NCBI GenBank assembly: GCA_040389285.1 | Contig: JAZKAF010000086.1 | Coordinates: forward strand, 1-26,670 | Direction of reading: 5' to 3' | Origin: a candidate division FCPU426 bacterium | Lineage (GTDB): Bacteria > Oederibacteriota > JAJYGY01 > DAIDJD01 | DNA length: 26,670 nucleotides | In this document: positions 1 through 10,150 of the stretch, one piece after another | Position numbering within the stretch: the first letter of the stretch is position 1 | Layout of the letters: every line of letters begins with the position of its first letter | The notes under the pieces: generated by a model | Databases searched by the model: none | Told to the model about the DNA's origin: nothing | Seen by the model: the letters and a program-made list of their open reading frames with translations, nothing else | Program-made: the position numbers and the translations under genes

Positions 1-74
1 AAACGCCAGGGCAGACGGCCTTGCTTGCCGATCACCCAGTCGTCGGTCATCGCCGCCAGAATGGCGAGCTTCAT
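1..74 (-). CDS. folA: dihydrofolate reductase, N-terminal fragment (gene continues beyond the window's left edge)
   Basis: Reverse complement of 1-74 translates [24 protein letters not shown], the typical DHFR N-terminus (IGxxxxLPW). Its ATG overlaps the thyA stop in an ATGA arrangement, the classic thyA-folA linkage. Not in the ORF track because it is truncated by the window edge. Confidence 0.7.
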   Translation of the reverse strand, partial: MKLAILAAMTDDWVIGKQGRLPWR

Positions 75-865
75 ACCGCGATCGGCGCGGAGATGCCCGG
101 ATGGGGGTCGTAGCCGGTGAGCGTGAAATCCTCGAATTTGAAGTCGAAGATATTCTTCACGTCCGGGTTCAGGATCATGGTCGGCAGCGCACGCGGCTCG
201 CGGGTCAGCTGCAGCCTGGCCTGGTCCAGATGATTCAAATACAAGTGCAGATCCCCGAAGCTATGCACAAAGTCGCCGGGCTTCAGCCCGCAGACCTGGG
301 CCATCATCATGGTCAGCAGGGCGTAGCTGGCGATGTTGAAGGGCACGCCCAAAAATAAGTCGGCGCTGCGCTGGTACATGTGGCAGGAGAGGCGGCCGTC
401 GGTGTGGACATAGAACTGGAACAGCAAATGACAGGGCGGCAGGGCCATCTCGTCCACCTGGGAGGGATTCCAGGCGCTGACGATCAGGCGCCGCGAGCGG
501 GGCTTGGTCTTGATCTGCTCGATGACCTTGGCGATCTGGTCAATGGGTCCCGAGGATGAGGGCCAGCTGCGCCATTGGCGGCCGTAGACCGGCCCCAGTT
601 CGCCGTTCGCATCAGCCCATTCGTCCCAGATGCTGACCTTATTCTCGCGCAGGTAGCGGATGTTAGTGTCGCCGCTTAAGAACCAGAGTAGCTCGTGGAT
701 GATCGAGCGGAGATGGGTTTTCTTAGTGGTCACGAGCGGAAAGCCCTGGCGCAGATCAAAGCGCGCCTGCGCGCCAAAGACGCTGAGCGTGCCGACTCCC
801 GTGCGGTCTTCGCGGCGCTCGCCCGTTTCCAGGACCCGGGTCAGCATATCGAGGTATTGTTTCAT
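71..865 (-). CDS. thyA: thymidylate synthase
   Basis: 264-aa ORF with ThyA hallmarks over the full length ([38 protein letters not shown]). An AGGA Shine-Dalgarno lies about 9 nt upstream of the ATG. Confidence 0.95.
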   Translation of the reverse strand: MKQYLDMLTRVLETGERREDRTGVGTLSVFGAQARFDLRQGFPLVTTKKTHLRSIIHELLWFLSGDTNIRYLRENKVSIWDEWADANGELGPVYGRQWRSWPSSSGPIDQIAKVIEQIKTKPRSRRLIVSAWNPSQVDEMALPPCHLLFQFYVHTDGRLSCHMYQRSADLFLGVPFNIASYALLTMMMAQVCGLKPGDFVHSFGDLHLYLNHLDQARLQLTREPRALPTMILNPDVKNIFDFKFEDFTLTGYDPHPGISAPIAV

Positions 866-918
866 GGCAATTATCCTAAACGGAAAAAGTCGGGAAAAAA
901 AGCCGGGATGCGACCACC

Positions 919-1701
919 CTAATCCGCGTAGATCATCTTCACGGTCATGCCGCCGTCCAGCACCAGTCGCTGGCCGGTCATGAATCCGGAACGTTCACTA
1001 TCCAACAGAAAAGCGCAAGCTTGGGCGACATCCTCAGGCCGGCCCACCCGTCCTGCGGGATGCTGGGCGTGGTCGAGCCTGCTCAGCTTGGCGCGCCGCA
1101 GGGCCTTGCCCTGAAGGCCGGTCACGTCGATCCAGCCCGGCAGCACGGCGTTGACCCGTATTTTTTGCGGGGCCAGGCTGAGGGCCATGGCATGGGTCAG
1201 GGCCAGCAAGCCGCCCTTGGAAGCGCCATAAGCCTCGCCCCCGGGTTCGGACATCAGCGCCCGGGTCGAGGCGATGTTCACCACCGAAGCGCCGGCTTTG
1301 AAATGGGGTAATAAGCTCTGCACGCAAAGAAAGGCCGCGCGCAGGTTCACGTTCAGCACCCGGTCCCAGTCCTCAACCGTCAGCTTCGCCAAAGGCATGA
1401 AGGCGCCGATCCCGGCGTTGTTGACCAGCCCGTCCAGCTTTCCGAATTTTTTTAAGTCATGCGCCGCCGCGCGGATCTGCTGAGGGTCGGCAAGATCGCA
1501 AGCCTGGAACAGCGACCCTTTGCCTAGGCGTTTCAGGGTGGCGCGACCTTGGATCTGGTCTTTGTCCAGGATCGCGACCTGGGCGCTCTGATTCTTCACC
1601 AGGCTTTCGGCAATAGCGCGCCCGATCCCCCGGGCGCCACCGGTCACCACATAGCGTCGTGGCTTTTGGCTCACATCAGCCTCCTTGGACGATCGGCTCA
1701 T
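919..1701 (-). CDS. SDR-family oxidoreductase (short-chain dehydrogenase/reductase)
   Basis: N-terminal Rossmann motif [12 protein letters not shown], the NNAG motif and an S...Y...K catalytic region ([18 protein letters not shown]). Start set at the ATG at 1701; the track's first M at 1704 is a GTG one codon upstream. GGTGA lies upstream. Only 4 nt separate it from the upstream zinc-ribbon gene. Confidence 0.85.
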   Translation of the reverse strand: MSRSSKEADVSQKPRRYVVTGGARGIGRAIAESLVKNQSAQVAILDKDQIQGRATLKRLGKGSLFQACDLADPQQIRAAAHDLKKFGKLDGLVNNAGIGAFMPLAKLTVEDWDRVLNVNLRAAFLCVQSLLPHFKAGASVVNIASTRALMSEPGGEAYGASKGGLLALTHAMALSLAPQKIRVNAVLPGWIDVTGLQGKALRRAKLSRLDHAQHPAGRVGRPEDVAQACAFLLDSERSGFMTGQRLVLDGGMTVKMIYAD

Positions 1702-1705
1702 CACT

Positions 1706-2206
1706 TCACCGTTTCTTTTTGTTCACCATCCGCCATTTGTAAGGCCCGACCATTTCGTCAAACGACTTGAGCCGGGGGCCTTCCAGCCAAAGGCTGTCGC
1801 AGGCTTCGCAAAGGTCTGTAGCAACCGGCCCCAGCTTGGCCTCATTCATGCGTTTCGAGCAAAAGGGGCAGATCAAAAAGGGCGGACGCTTTCTGGGCTC
1901 GAAAAACTGGGGGCGTTTGTAGCTGCGCTCCTCAGCGCTCAGCTCGATCTCCTTGGCGCCGTAGGGCTGCAGCTTCATCATGGAGTCGCGCTCCATCCCC
2001 ACACCCTTGCATTCGGCGCAGTGCAGCATGGGATTGCCTGAAATATTGGCGTTGTAGAGGGGCAATTTGCAGATCGGGCAATTTTTAGGTTTCGTAGCCA
2101 CGCTGGCCAGGGCCGGGCCTGCGGCCACGGGCCGGCCGCACTGCGGGCAGGCTTTTTCCGTGCCAGCCAGGGGCGCGTCACAGCGGGGACAGGTCGCGGG
2201 TTTCAT
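1706..2206 (-). CDS. triple zinc-ribbon protein (three TFIIB-type CxxC...CxxC zinc-ribbon modules)
   Basis: Three modules: CPRCDAPL...CPQCG, CPICKLPL...CAECKG and CPFCSKRM...CEACDSLWL. Start chosen at the internal ATG (MKPATCPRC) at 2206. The track ORF extends to a TTG at 2272, which is less likely. Lys/Arg-rich C-terminus. Confidence 0.6.
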   Translation of the reverse strand: MKPATCPRCDAPLAGTEKACPQCGRPVAAGPALASVATKPKNCPICKLPLYNANISGNPMLHCAECKGVGMERDSMMKLQPYGAKEIELSAEERSYKRPQFFEPRKRPPFLICPFCSKRMNEAKLGPVATDLCEACDSLWLEGPRLKSFDEMVGPYKWRMVNKKKR

Positions 2207-2322
2207 GCGTGGCCTTTGATCGGAGGAGAAGATAGGGCTGGCGGATATTCTAACAGAGCCGGGACGCGGCAACAGTCTCAGTTCGGGCGGGAAATCACGG
2301 GTGTTTTGGGGTAAACTGCCTC

Positions 2323-3828
2323 ATGGATTTTCGACATCAGGATGGGGATTTCGGCTGTCTGGCCGTGGATCTGGGCGCGGAAAGCGGCCGCGTGGCCTGG
2401 GTAGGTCTAGACTCAAACAACAGCCTGAGCCTAAAAACCCTGCACCGTTTCAGCCATAGCCCACTTTCCCAGGCCGATGGCCTGCGCTGGGACATCCCAA
2501 CGATCTGGAACGGGATCCTGGAAGGGATGCGGCAAGCTGGGTCCCTGGGCCTGCCCGTGGCCTCGATCGGCGTGGATGCCTGGGCCGTGGATTACGCGCT
2601 GCTGGAAGCCCAAGGCGGCCTGGTCACTCAGCCCTTTTGCTACCGGGATCCGCGCGGCGAACGGGGACGCCAGGCCCTCGCTTCTTTTATGGATCCCTCG
2701 GAGCGCTACGCCCGCCGCGGTTTGCAGGACCAGCCCTTTAACACGGTCAATCAACTGAAGGCTCACGCCCTCGAAGCAGGCAAGGACCTTCAAAAAGCTT
2801 CGCAGCTGCTTTTGCTGCCCGACTTCTGGCACTTTAAGTTAAGCGGCGTGGCCCGTACAGAATGGACTAACGCCTCGACCACGGGCCTGCTGGATCTTGG
2901 CAACCGGAACTGGGATCCCGGGATCTGCGCCGAAGTCGGTCTCCGTCCAGAGCTTCTGCCCGCGATCGAAGCTCCCGGCACTTGCTTGGGAGCGCTCTTG
3001 CCCGAGTGGTCCGCGGCTACGGGGTTGAAGAACGTGCAGGTGGTGCTCCCTCCCACCCATGACACAGCCTCGGCGGTGGTGGCCGTGCCGGTGGCAACGG
3101 CCGGCGAGGACTGGGCCTATCTGAGTTCTGGAACTTGGTCCCTGATGGGCCTTGAACTAGCGTCCCCGCTTTTAAGCGATGCGGCCAGACAAGCGGGCTT
3201 TAGCAACGAAGGCGGAGTGGATCAGAGCACCCGCTTTCTTAAAAACATCATGGGCCTCTGGCTGATCCAGCGCCTGAAAGCCGAGCTGGCCCCGGACCTT
3301 GATTACGCCGGACTCATGGAAGAGGCGGCTCAGGCCGAACCCCTGCGCTGTGTGTTCAACGCCGCGGATCCGCGCCTTTTTAACCCAGCCTCGATGGCTG
3401 CCACCGTCGCCGAACTCTGCGTTGAGGCCGATTCGCCTCGGCCCGACACCCTCGCGCGGGCCGCGCGGGCCTGCATGGAATCGCTGGCCCTAGAATACCG
3501 GCGCACAAAAGAACAGCTGGAAACCCTTTGCAAACGCACCCTGAAGCGCCTTTATATCGTGGGCGGCGGTTCGCAGAACGCCCTGCTCTGTCAGATGACG
3601 GCAAACGCCTGCGGCTTGGAAGTTCACGCTGGGCCGGCGGAGGGTGCTTGCCTGGGCAACGCCCTGATCCAGGCCCGGGGATTGGGCAGGCTGCAAAGCC
3701 TTCAGCAAGCCCGCAGCATCGTCGCGAAAAGTTTTCCGCCGCTGATGTACAGCCCGCGTTCCAGCCAGGACTGGGACCGGCTTCACGAGCAACAGCTGAC
3801 CCTTCAAAAACGGAGTGCGCATGCCTGA
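2323..3828 (+). CDS. rhaB: rhamnulokinase (FGGY carbohydrate kinase family)
   Basis: RhaB-like motifs over the full length: [57 protein letters not shown]. Immediately followed by rhaA, which it overlaps. Confidence 0.9.
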   Translation: MDFRHQDGDFGCLAVDLGAESGRVAWVGLDSNNSLSLKTLHRFSHSPLSQADGLRWDIPTIWNGILEGMRQAGSLGLPVASIGVDAWAVDYALLEAQGGLVTQPFCYRDPRGERGRQALASFMDPSERYARRGLQDQPFNTVNQLKAHALEAGKDLQKASQLLLLPDFWHFKLSGVARTEWTNASTTGLLDLGNRNWDPGICAEVGLRPELLPAIEAPGTCLGALLPEWSAATGLKNVQVVLPPTHDTASAVVAVPVATAGEDWAYLSSGTWSLMGLELASPLLSDAARQAGFSNEGGVDQSTRFLKNIMGLWLIQRLKAELAPDLDYAGLMEEAAQAEPLRCVFNAADPRLFNPASMAATVAELCVEADSPRPDTLARAARACMESLALEYRRTKEQLETLCKRTLKRLYIVGGGSQNALLCQMTANACGLEVHAGPAEGACLGNALIQARGLGRLQSLQQARSIVAKSFPPLMYSPRSSQDWDRLHEQQLTLQKRSAHA

Positions 3829-5086
3829 GACCACACCCGCCTACAAAGAAGCCAAAGCGCGTTACGCCGCCTTAGGGGTAGACGCGGACGCGGCCCTTGC
3901 CCGCCTGGCTACCTTACCCGTCAGCTTGCAATGCTGGCAGGGCGATGATGTTGCTGGTTTTGAGTCCAAGGATTCCAAACTGCAAGGCGGCGGGTTGCTG
4001 GCCACTGGCGACTATCCGGGCGCGGCGCGCAGCGCCCAGCAGTTACGCCAGGACCTGGAGACCGCCCTTAGCCTGATCCCGGGCAAGCATCGCGTGAACC
4101 TGCACGCCATCTATGGCGAATTCGGCGGCGCCGTTGACCGCGACCAGATCGAGCTGAAGCATTTTCAGGGCTGGATCGACTGGGCCAAGGCGCGCGGTTT
4201 AGGTCTCGATTTCAACCCCACTTATTTCTCGCATCCCAAAGCCGCTTCAGGATGGACCCTGTCCCACGCCGACGCGGAGATCCGCGCCTTTTGGGTCGAG
4301 CACGGCAAGCGCTGCCGCCGCATCGCCGCGGCCATGGGCCGGCAACTGGGCACGCCCTCGGTCTGCAACGTGTGGATCCCGGACGGATCCAAAGACCAGC
4401 CCGCCGACCGGCAGGCCCCGCGCCAGCGCCTGCGCGCCAGCCTGGACGCCCTCTTTGCCGAGTCCTTCCCGCGCACCGAGCTGATCGACACCTGTGAGGC
4501 CAAGCTCTTCGGCCTGGGCTCAGAGAGCTACGTGACCGGGTCCCACGAATTCTACTTAGGCTACGCGGTCAGCCATGGCATGAGCCTCTGCCTGGACTCG
4601 GGGCATTTCCATCCCACCGAACTGATCAGCGACAAGATCTCCAGCGTCGCGGAATTCGTGCCCAGCATCCTGCTGCAAGTCAGCCGCGGCGTGCGCTGGG
4701 ACAGCGACCATGTGGTGATCCTGGACGACGAGCTGCAATCCATCGCCCGCGAACTGGTGCGCGGTGGCCTGCTGGACCGCAGCCATTTGGGACTGGACTA
4801 TTTTGACGCCACCCTGAACCGCGTGGCCGCCTGGGTGATCGGCACCCGCTCCCTGCAAAAGGCCCTTTTAATGGCCCTTTTGGAGCCCAGCGCCCGCTTA
4901 AAAGCCTTTGAAAACGCTGGATCTTTCCACGAGCGCCTGGGCTGGATGGAAGATCTGAAAGCCCTGCCTTGGGGCGCGGTCTGGGAAGAATTTTGCCGTG
5001 TCCAGGGCGCGCCCGGCGACTTTGAATGGCTCGAGAAGGTCCGCGCCTATGAATCCACTGTGCAATCCAAACGTTCGAGGGACTGA
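3821..5086 (+). CDS. rhaA: L-rhamnose isomerase
   Basis: Full-length collinear match to RhaA ([57 protein letters not shown]). The ATG at 3821 is preceded by GGAG and overlaps the rhaB stop by 8 nt. The track's start at 3815 is a GTG two codons upstream. Confidence 0.92.
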   Translation: MPETTPAYKEAKARYAALGVDADAALARLATLPVSLQCWQGDDVAGFESKDSKLQGGGLLATGDYPGAARSAQQLRQDLETALSLIPGKHRVNLHAIYGEFGGAVDRDQIELKHFQGWIDWAKARGLGLDFNPTYFSHPKAASGWTLSHADAEIRAFWVEHGKRCRRIAAAMGRQLGTPSVCNVWIPDGSKDQPADRQAPRQRLRASLDALFAESFPRTELIDTCEAKLFGLGSESYVTGSHEFYLGYAVSHGMSLCLDSGHFHPTELISDKISSVAEFVPSILLQVSRGVRWDSDHVVILDDELQSIARELVRGGLLDRSHLGLDYFDATLNRVAAWVIGTRSLQKALLMALLEPSARLKAFENAGSFHERLGWMEDLKALPWGAVWEEFCRVQGAPGDFEWLEKVRAYESTVQSKRSRD

Positions 5087-7272
5087 TGCCTGACAAGAAC
5101 TCTTACAAGCATGTCGACTATAGTTGGGATGACGCCTTAGCGGCCAAGATGTCGCCGCTCGAGCGCCTGATCTATCGTTCCAACATCTTGGGCGCGGACC
5201 AGCGCATCACCAACACAGCGGGAGGCAACACTTCCGGGATCTGGAAGGAACGCCATCCTCTGAGCGGGGATGAGCGCGAGGTCTTCTGGGTCAAGGGCAG
5301 CGGCGGCGATCTGCGCACGGCCAAGGCCGCGAACTTCGCCTCCCTGTTCCAAGACGAACTGCTGGCCTTGCAGCCCCGCTACCTGAAGTTGGACCCGCGC
5401 GGGCCCAAGACGCCGGCCGAGGATTCGATGGTGGCCCAGTATCCCCACACCACCTTCAACTTGAATCCGCGCGCGCCCAGCATCGACACGCCCCTGCTCA
5501 GTTTTGTGCCGCACGCGCACGTCGACCACCTGCACCCCAACGCCATCATCGCGCTGGCCGCGAGCAAGGACGGCGAGGCCCTTTGCAAAGAGGTCTTTGG
5601 CGAAGAAGTGGCCTGGATCCCCTGGCAGCGGCCCGGCTTTGAGCTAGGCCTTCGCCTGCAAGAGGCCTGCAAACGCTATCCCAAAGCCCGCGGATTCATC
5701 CTGGCTCAACACGGCAACGTCAGCTGGGCGGACGATGACAAGGCCTGTTATATCTGGACCCTGGATATGATCGAAAAGGCCGCGAAATTCCTGGCGGCGC
5801 GCGACAAGGGCGAGCAAGCTTTTGGCGGACGCAAATACGCCGACCTGGATGCGGACAAGCGCGAGGCAGGCCTGGCCGAATTGCTTCCCTGGCTTCGCGG
5901 CAGGCTCTCACGCAATAAGCGCGTGGTCGCCACCGTGGACAGCCATCCGGCCCTGATGCAGTTCATCCAGTCGCAGGACGCCCCGCGCCTGAGCGAATTG
6001 GGGACCTCCTGCCCGGACCATTTTTTGCGGACCAAGATCAAGCCCCTCTACGTGGCCTGGGATCACAGCGAGGGCATGGACGCGCTGAAGTCGAAGCTGG
6101 AAAAGGGTTTGGAAGCCTACCGCAAGGACTATGCCGCCTATTACCAGGCCTGCAAGCGCCCGGATTCGCCGGCCATGCGCGACCCCAATCCCACCGTGAT
6201 CCTGATCCCCGGGCTGGGTATGATCGCCTGGGGCAAGAACAAGTCCGAGTCGCGGGTCACCGCTGAATTTTACGGATGCGCGGTGCAGGTGATGCGCGGG
6301 GCCGAGGCGGTGAGCCAGTACCAGGCCCTTCCAGCGCAAGAGGCCTTTGACGTGGAATACTGGCTTTTGGAGGAGGCCAAGCTGAAGCGCATGCCCCCGG
6401 AACACCCCCCGGCCCGCGAGATCGCTGTGGTCATCGGGGCCGGTAGCGGCATTGGCAGGGCTCTGGCCCTGCGTTTCGCCAAGGAAGGCGCGCAAGTGGC
6501 CTGCGTGGACATACGCCAGGAAGCCGCGGCGACCACGGCGGCGGAGTTGGCCGCGATGCAAGGTGAGGGATTGGGCGTGGCAGGGACTGGGATATCGGCT
6601 TGCGGAGGAAGTGTCGCGCTGGCCTGCGACATCACCGACCGGCTTAGCGTGCGCGCCATGCTACGGCAGGTGCTGCTCGCCTACGGCGGGGTGGACCAGA
6701 TCGCCATCACGGCCGGCATCTTCCCCAGCCCGGACGCGAATGGCGTGGTGGCGGATCCGATGTGGGACAAGTCCTTTGCCGTGAACGTCAAAGGCGCTTA
6801 TCTGGTGGCGGACGAGGCCCGGGCCTTATTCCTGGCCCAGGACCTTCGCGCCAGCATGTTATTAACCACTTCGGTCAACGCCGTGGCCAGCAAAAAAGGT
6901 TCGCTGGCCTACGACACCTCGAAGGCGGCGGCCAACCATCTGGTGCGCGAACTGGCCGTGGAGCTGGCGCCGCTGGTCCGGGTGAACGGCCTGGCGCCGG
7001 CCACCGTGATCCAGGACAGCACCATGTTCCCGCGCGACCGAGTGATCGCCTCGCTGAAAAAGTACGACCTAGCGGCGGAAGAATCCTCCAGCACCGAAGA
7101 GCTGCGTAATCGGCTGGCGGATTTCTACGCCAAGCGCACCCTGACCCGCTCGGCCATCACGCCCCAGGACCAGGCCGAAGCCGCCTATTTCCTGCTGAGC
7201 TCGGCGTCTTCCAAGACCACCGGCCAGATCTTGAACGTGGATGGCGGCTTGCCCGAGGCGTTCTTGAGATAA
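5086..7272 (+). CDS. rhaEW: bifunctional L-rhamnulose-1-phosphate aldolase / L-lactaldehyde dehydrogenase (class II aldolase/adducin N-domain fused to SDR C-domain; RhaEW/YuxG type)
   Basis: 728 aa. The N-terminal ~430 aa resemble a class II aldolase. The C-terminal ~260 aa form an SDR with GAGSGIGRALA and the YDTSKAA (YxxxK) catalytic motif. Its ATG overlaps the rhaA TGA by 1 nt, and GAGGGA lies just upstream. Confidence 0.85.
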   Translation: MPDKNSYKHVDYSWDDALAAKMSPLERLIYRSNILGADQRITNTAGGNTSGIWKERHPLSGDEREVFWVKGSGGDLRTAKAANFASLFQDELLALQPRYLKLDPRGPKTPAEDSMVAQYPHTTFNLNPRAPSIDTPLLSFVPHAHVDHLHPNAIIALAASKDGEALCKEVFGEEVAWIPWQRPGFELGLRLQEACKRYPKARGFILAQHGNVSWADDDKACYIWTLDMIEKAAKFLAARDKGEQAFGGRKYADLDADKREAGLAELLPWLRGRLSRNKRVVATVDSHPALMQFIQSQDAPRLSELGTSCPDHFLRTKIKPLYVAWDHSEGMDALKSKLEKGLEAYRKDYAAYYQACKRPDSPAMRDPNPTVILIPGLGMIAWGKNKSESRVTAEFYGCAVQVMRGAEAVSQYQALPAQEAFDVEYWLLEEAKLKRMPPEHPPAREIAVVIGAGSGIGRALALRFAKEGAQVACVDIRQEAAATTAAELAAMQGEGLGVAGTGISACGGSVALACDITDRLSVRAMLRQVLLAYGGVDQIAITAGIFPSPDANGVVADPMWDKSFAVNVKGAYLVADEARALFLAQDLRASMLLTTSVNAVASKKGSLAYDTSKAAANHLVRELAVELAPLVRVNGLAPATVIQDSTMFPRDRVIASLKKYDLAAEESSSTEELRNRLADFYAKRTLTRSAITPQDQAEAAYFLLSSASSKTTGQILNVDGGLPEAFLR

Positions 7273-7305
7273 AAAAAAGGGGTCGGCCGCTGGGCCGACC
7301 CCTTT
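7271..7305. terminator. bidirectional rho-independent terminator shared by the convergent rhaEW and ABC-F genes
   Basis: A8 run, then GGGGTCGGCC, loop gctg, GGCCGACCCC, then TTT. A perfect 10-bp GC stem flanked by an A-tract on one side and T-rich sequence on the other. Confidence 0.85.
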
Positions 7306-7325
7306 ACAGGTTTTGTTAGGAGTAA

Positions 7326-9149
7326 TTAGGCTTCAGCGCGCTTCTTTTCCAGCTCGTCCCAACGATGGAAGAGTGCTTCGACCTTGGCCTGGGCCAGGTC
7401 CACTTTTTCCTGCCGTTCAAGGAGCTTGGGCACGTCAGCAGCGACCTTGGGGTCTTCCAGCTTGCGCCTGGCTTCCGCCAGCTTTTCCTCCGCCTGCTTG
7501 ATCGCGCTCTCCATATTTTTTAATTCATTGGATTCATTGGTGGACAGCCCCTTTTTCGGGGCCTGCGCAGGAGCCGGAGGCGCGATCGAAGACGCCGAAG
7601 GTCCCTTTTTTTTCGATTTCTTCTCATCCGCCTTGAATTCTTCCCACTGAGCCAGATCCGCGAAAAACTCCGCATTGCCTTTGCCGTCCAAGGCCAGGAT
7701 CTGCTTGCTGACGCTGTCCAGCAGATAGCGGTCATGGGTCACCAGCACCAGGGCGCCCGGGAACTCGGCCAAGCTGGTTTCCAACACTTCCAAGGAAGGA
7801 ATGTCCAGGTCGTTGGTCGGTTCATCCAGCAGCAAGAGATCGGCGGGACGCAGCATCAGGCGCGCGATCAGCACGCGGGACTGTTCGCCGCCGGACAAAC
7901 GATTCAAGGATACGTCGAGCTGGTCCTTGCTGAACAAAAAGCGGGTGGCCCATCCGGCCACGTGGATGGGGCTGCCCTTGTAATGCACATAGTCGCCATT
8001 CTCGCAAAGCGCTTTGCGCAGCGTCTGCTTCATGTCCAGCTGGTCGCGGTGCTGGTCAAAGGTGACGATCTTCAACTGGTCCACCCGCCGCAGGGCCCCG
8101 CTATCCGGCACCTGTTCCCCGCTCAGCATCTTCAGCAGGGTGCTCTTACCGCTGCCGTTCTCGCCTAGCAGGCCCAGCTTGTCGCCGGGCTTCAGCAGCA
8201 GGTCCAGCGGGCCGAAGAGCTTGCGGCCGCCCAGGGACTTAGAAACGCCGGTGGCCTCCACCAGGCGCCGGGTCTGACGCTCGCTGCCTGAAAAATCGAT
8301 GTCCACGGACTTGCCCTGGGCGTTGCGGTATTTCAGCTCGCCCAGTTCCTCGATCAGCTCCCCGGCCCGTTCAATGCGGGCGTTCTGCTTGGTGCCGCGC
8401 GCCTTGGGGCCTCGGCGCAGCCATTCGATCTCGCGGCGCACGATGTTGGCCACCGAATCCTCGCGCTGGGCCTGGGCGTTGAAGAGGTCCTCGCGCTTTT
8501 CCAGGAACTGGCTGTAATTGCCCTGGTTGGAGAAGAACCCTTCGGGATAACGCTTGTTCAGCTCGATCACGCGGTTGCTGACGCGCTCCAGAAACCGGCG
8601 GTCATGGGTGACCACCAGGAAGGAGAAGCTGAGGGTCTCCATGAAACGCTCGAGCCAGAGCACGGCCTCAAGGTCCAGATGGTTGGTGGGCTCGTCCAGC
8701 AGCAGCAGGTCGGGCTCGCGCAGCACCTGCGTCAGGATGGCCAGGCGCTTGCGCCAGCCGCCCGACAGCTTGGACACTTCCTGGTCCGGATCGACGAATC
8801 CCGCGTCCTCCAGCCCCGCATCCACGCGGATGTCGACCTCGTAGTCCTGCAGGCCTAAGTCGCTTAAGCCCGCCAGCAGCGCCTGGCGCACGGTGGTGCC
8901 CTTGCTCGGCTCGCCGAAGTTGTCCTGCTGGGGCAGGTACCCCACGCGCAGTCCCTTGCGCCGCGACAAGACGCCGTTGTCAGGCTTGTCCGCGCCGGCC
9001 AGGATCTTCAGCAGGGTGGATTTGCCCGCGCCATTGGGGCCGATGAGGCCGGTGCGTTCGCCCTCAAAAAGGCCGAACGAAAGCCCCTCGAAAAGGGGCC
9101 TGGAACCGTAGCTCTTGGACAGGTTTTGGCAGCTAAGTAGGATAGACAT
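7326..9149 (-). CDS. ABC-F family ATPase (Uup-like; two ABC cassettes plus C-terminal Lys/Glu-rich coiled-coil)
   Basis: Two Walker A motifs ([18 protein letters not shown]), two signature motifs ([16 protein letters not shown]) and two Walker B motifs (LLLLDEP) with no TM domain. The C-terminal ~100 aa are charged and coiled-coil-like. Confidence 0.9.
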   Translation of the reverse strand: MSILLSCQNLSKSYGSRPLFEGLSFGLFEGERTGLIGPNGAGKSTLLKILAGADKPDNGVLSRRKGLRVGYLPQQDNFGEPSKGTTVRQALLAGLSDLGLQDYEVDIRVDAGLEDAGFVDPDQEVSKLSGGWRKRLAILTQVLREPDLLLLDEPTNHLDLEAVLWLERFMETLSFSFLVVTHDRRFLERVSNRVIELNKRYPEGFFSNQGNYSQFLEKREDLFNAQAQREDSVANIVRREIEWLRRGPKARGTKQNARIERAGELIEELGELKYRNAQGKSVDIDFSGSERQTRRLVEATGVSKSLGGRKLFGPLDLLLKPGDKLGLLGENGSGKSTLLKMLSGEQVPDSGALRRVDQLKIVTFDQHRDQLDMKQTLRKALCENGDYVHYKGSPIHVAGWATRFLFSKDQLDVSLNRLSGGEQSRVLIARLMLRPADLLLLDEPTNDLDIPSLEVLETSLAEFPGALVLVTHDRYLLDSVSKQILALDGKGNAEFFADLAQWEEFKADEKKSKKKGPSASSIAPPAPAQAPKKGLSTNESNELKNMESAIKQAEEKLAEARRKLEDPKVAADVPKLLERQEKVDLAQAKVEALFHRWDELEKKRAEA

Positions 9150-9246
9150 AGGGCAGGACTCTAACAGACTTTGCTATGGATTTGAAGTCACGCTTGAATC
9201 GGTGTAATCTGGTCCCTGTTCAAAATGCCTTCCAGGAGCCGCCTTC

Positions 9247-10113
9247 ATGATCAACTACGTTTCAGGCCTGATCTTTTTCGTGCTTTTGGCCGTCGGCGCG
9301 GCCGTGTCCGTCAGCCTTTGGCCCCAGAGCCCGCTCATGGCCGGAAGCGTGGCCGTGGCCTGGCTGGTCTGCGACATCATCCTGGCTTCGGGCATCCAAT
9401 TAGCTGCCCAGTGGGAACGGGGTGTCGTCTTCCGGCTCGGCAAATTCTCCGACGTCAAAGGCCCGGGCCTTTTCTTCATCATCCCCCTGATCGAGCAGGT
9501 GCAGCTGATCGACACCCGTATCCGCGCCATGGACATCCCGGCCCAGCAGATGATCACCAAGGACAACGTGCCCGTGAAGATCAACGGCGTCATCTTCTTC
9601 CGCGTTGAGCACGTGGCCGACGCCCTCATCAAAGTGCAGGACTACCGCTACGCCATCGGCCAGTACGCCCAGACCGCCCTGCGCGATGTGATCGGCCAGA
9701 TGACCCTGGACCAGTTGCTGAGCGAGCGCGAGCAGATCGCCAAGATGATCGAGACCGCCGTGGAAAAAGACACCAAAGGCTGGGGCCTCGAAGTCACGGG
9801 CATCAACATCCAGGACGTTGAAATGCCCGAAGACCTGAAGAAGATGATGTCGCGCCAGGCCTCGGCCGAACGCGAAAAGCGCGCCACCATCACCAAAGCC
9901 GAAGGCGACAAGGAAGCCGCGTTCAACCTGGCCGCCGCGGCCATGACCATGGCCGCCAGCCCGGGCGCCATGCAGTTGCGCACCTTGCAGACCGTGGACG
10001 GCCTGGGCCCCACCGCCTCCAACACCGTGGTCATCGCCGTTCCCATCGACTTGATGGACGCGGTCAGGGCCATCGCGGGCAAAGCACAGGCCAAGGCTAA
10101 GACCAAAGGCTAG
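9247..10113 (+). CDS. SPFH/band-7 (stomatin-like, slipin-type) membrane protein
   Basis: N-terminal TM segments followed by an SPFH core (GVVFRLGKF, IDTRIR, KDNVPVKINGVIFFRV, DVIGQMTLDQLLSEREQIA) and an Ala/Lys-rich tail. AGGAG lies ~10 nt upstream of the ATG. Confidence 0.85.
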   Translation: MINYVSGLIFFVLLAVGAAVSVSLWPQSPLMAGSVAVAWLVCDIILASGIQLAAQWERGVVFRLGKFSDVKGPGLFFIIPLIEQVQLIDTRIRAMDIPAQQMITKDNVPVKINGVIFFRVEHVADALIKVQDYRYAIGQYAQTALRDVIGQMTLDQLLSEREQIAKMIETAVEKDTKGWGLEVTGINIQDVEMPEDLKKMMSRQASAEREKRATITKAEGDKEAAFNLAAAAMTMAASPGAMQLRTLQTVDGLGPTASNTVVIAVPIDLMDAVRAIAGKAQAKAKTKG

Positions 10114-10150
10114 CTCCCCGGTTCCACCGATCCATCCCCGAGGTTCAGCG

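Noticed and set aside
5137-7109. Multiple 60-217-aa ORFs on both strands inside rhaEW (for example 5908..6561 minus and 6270..6659 minus)
   Set aside because: All lie within the continuous, well-supported 728-aa RhaEW frame. They are ordinary alternative-frame artefacts of high-GC DNA.
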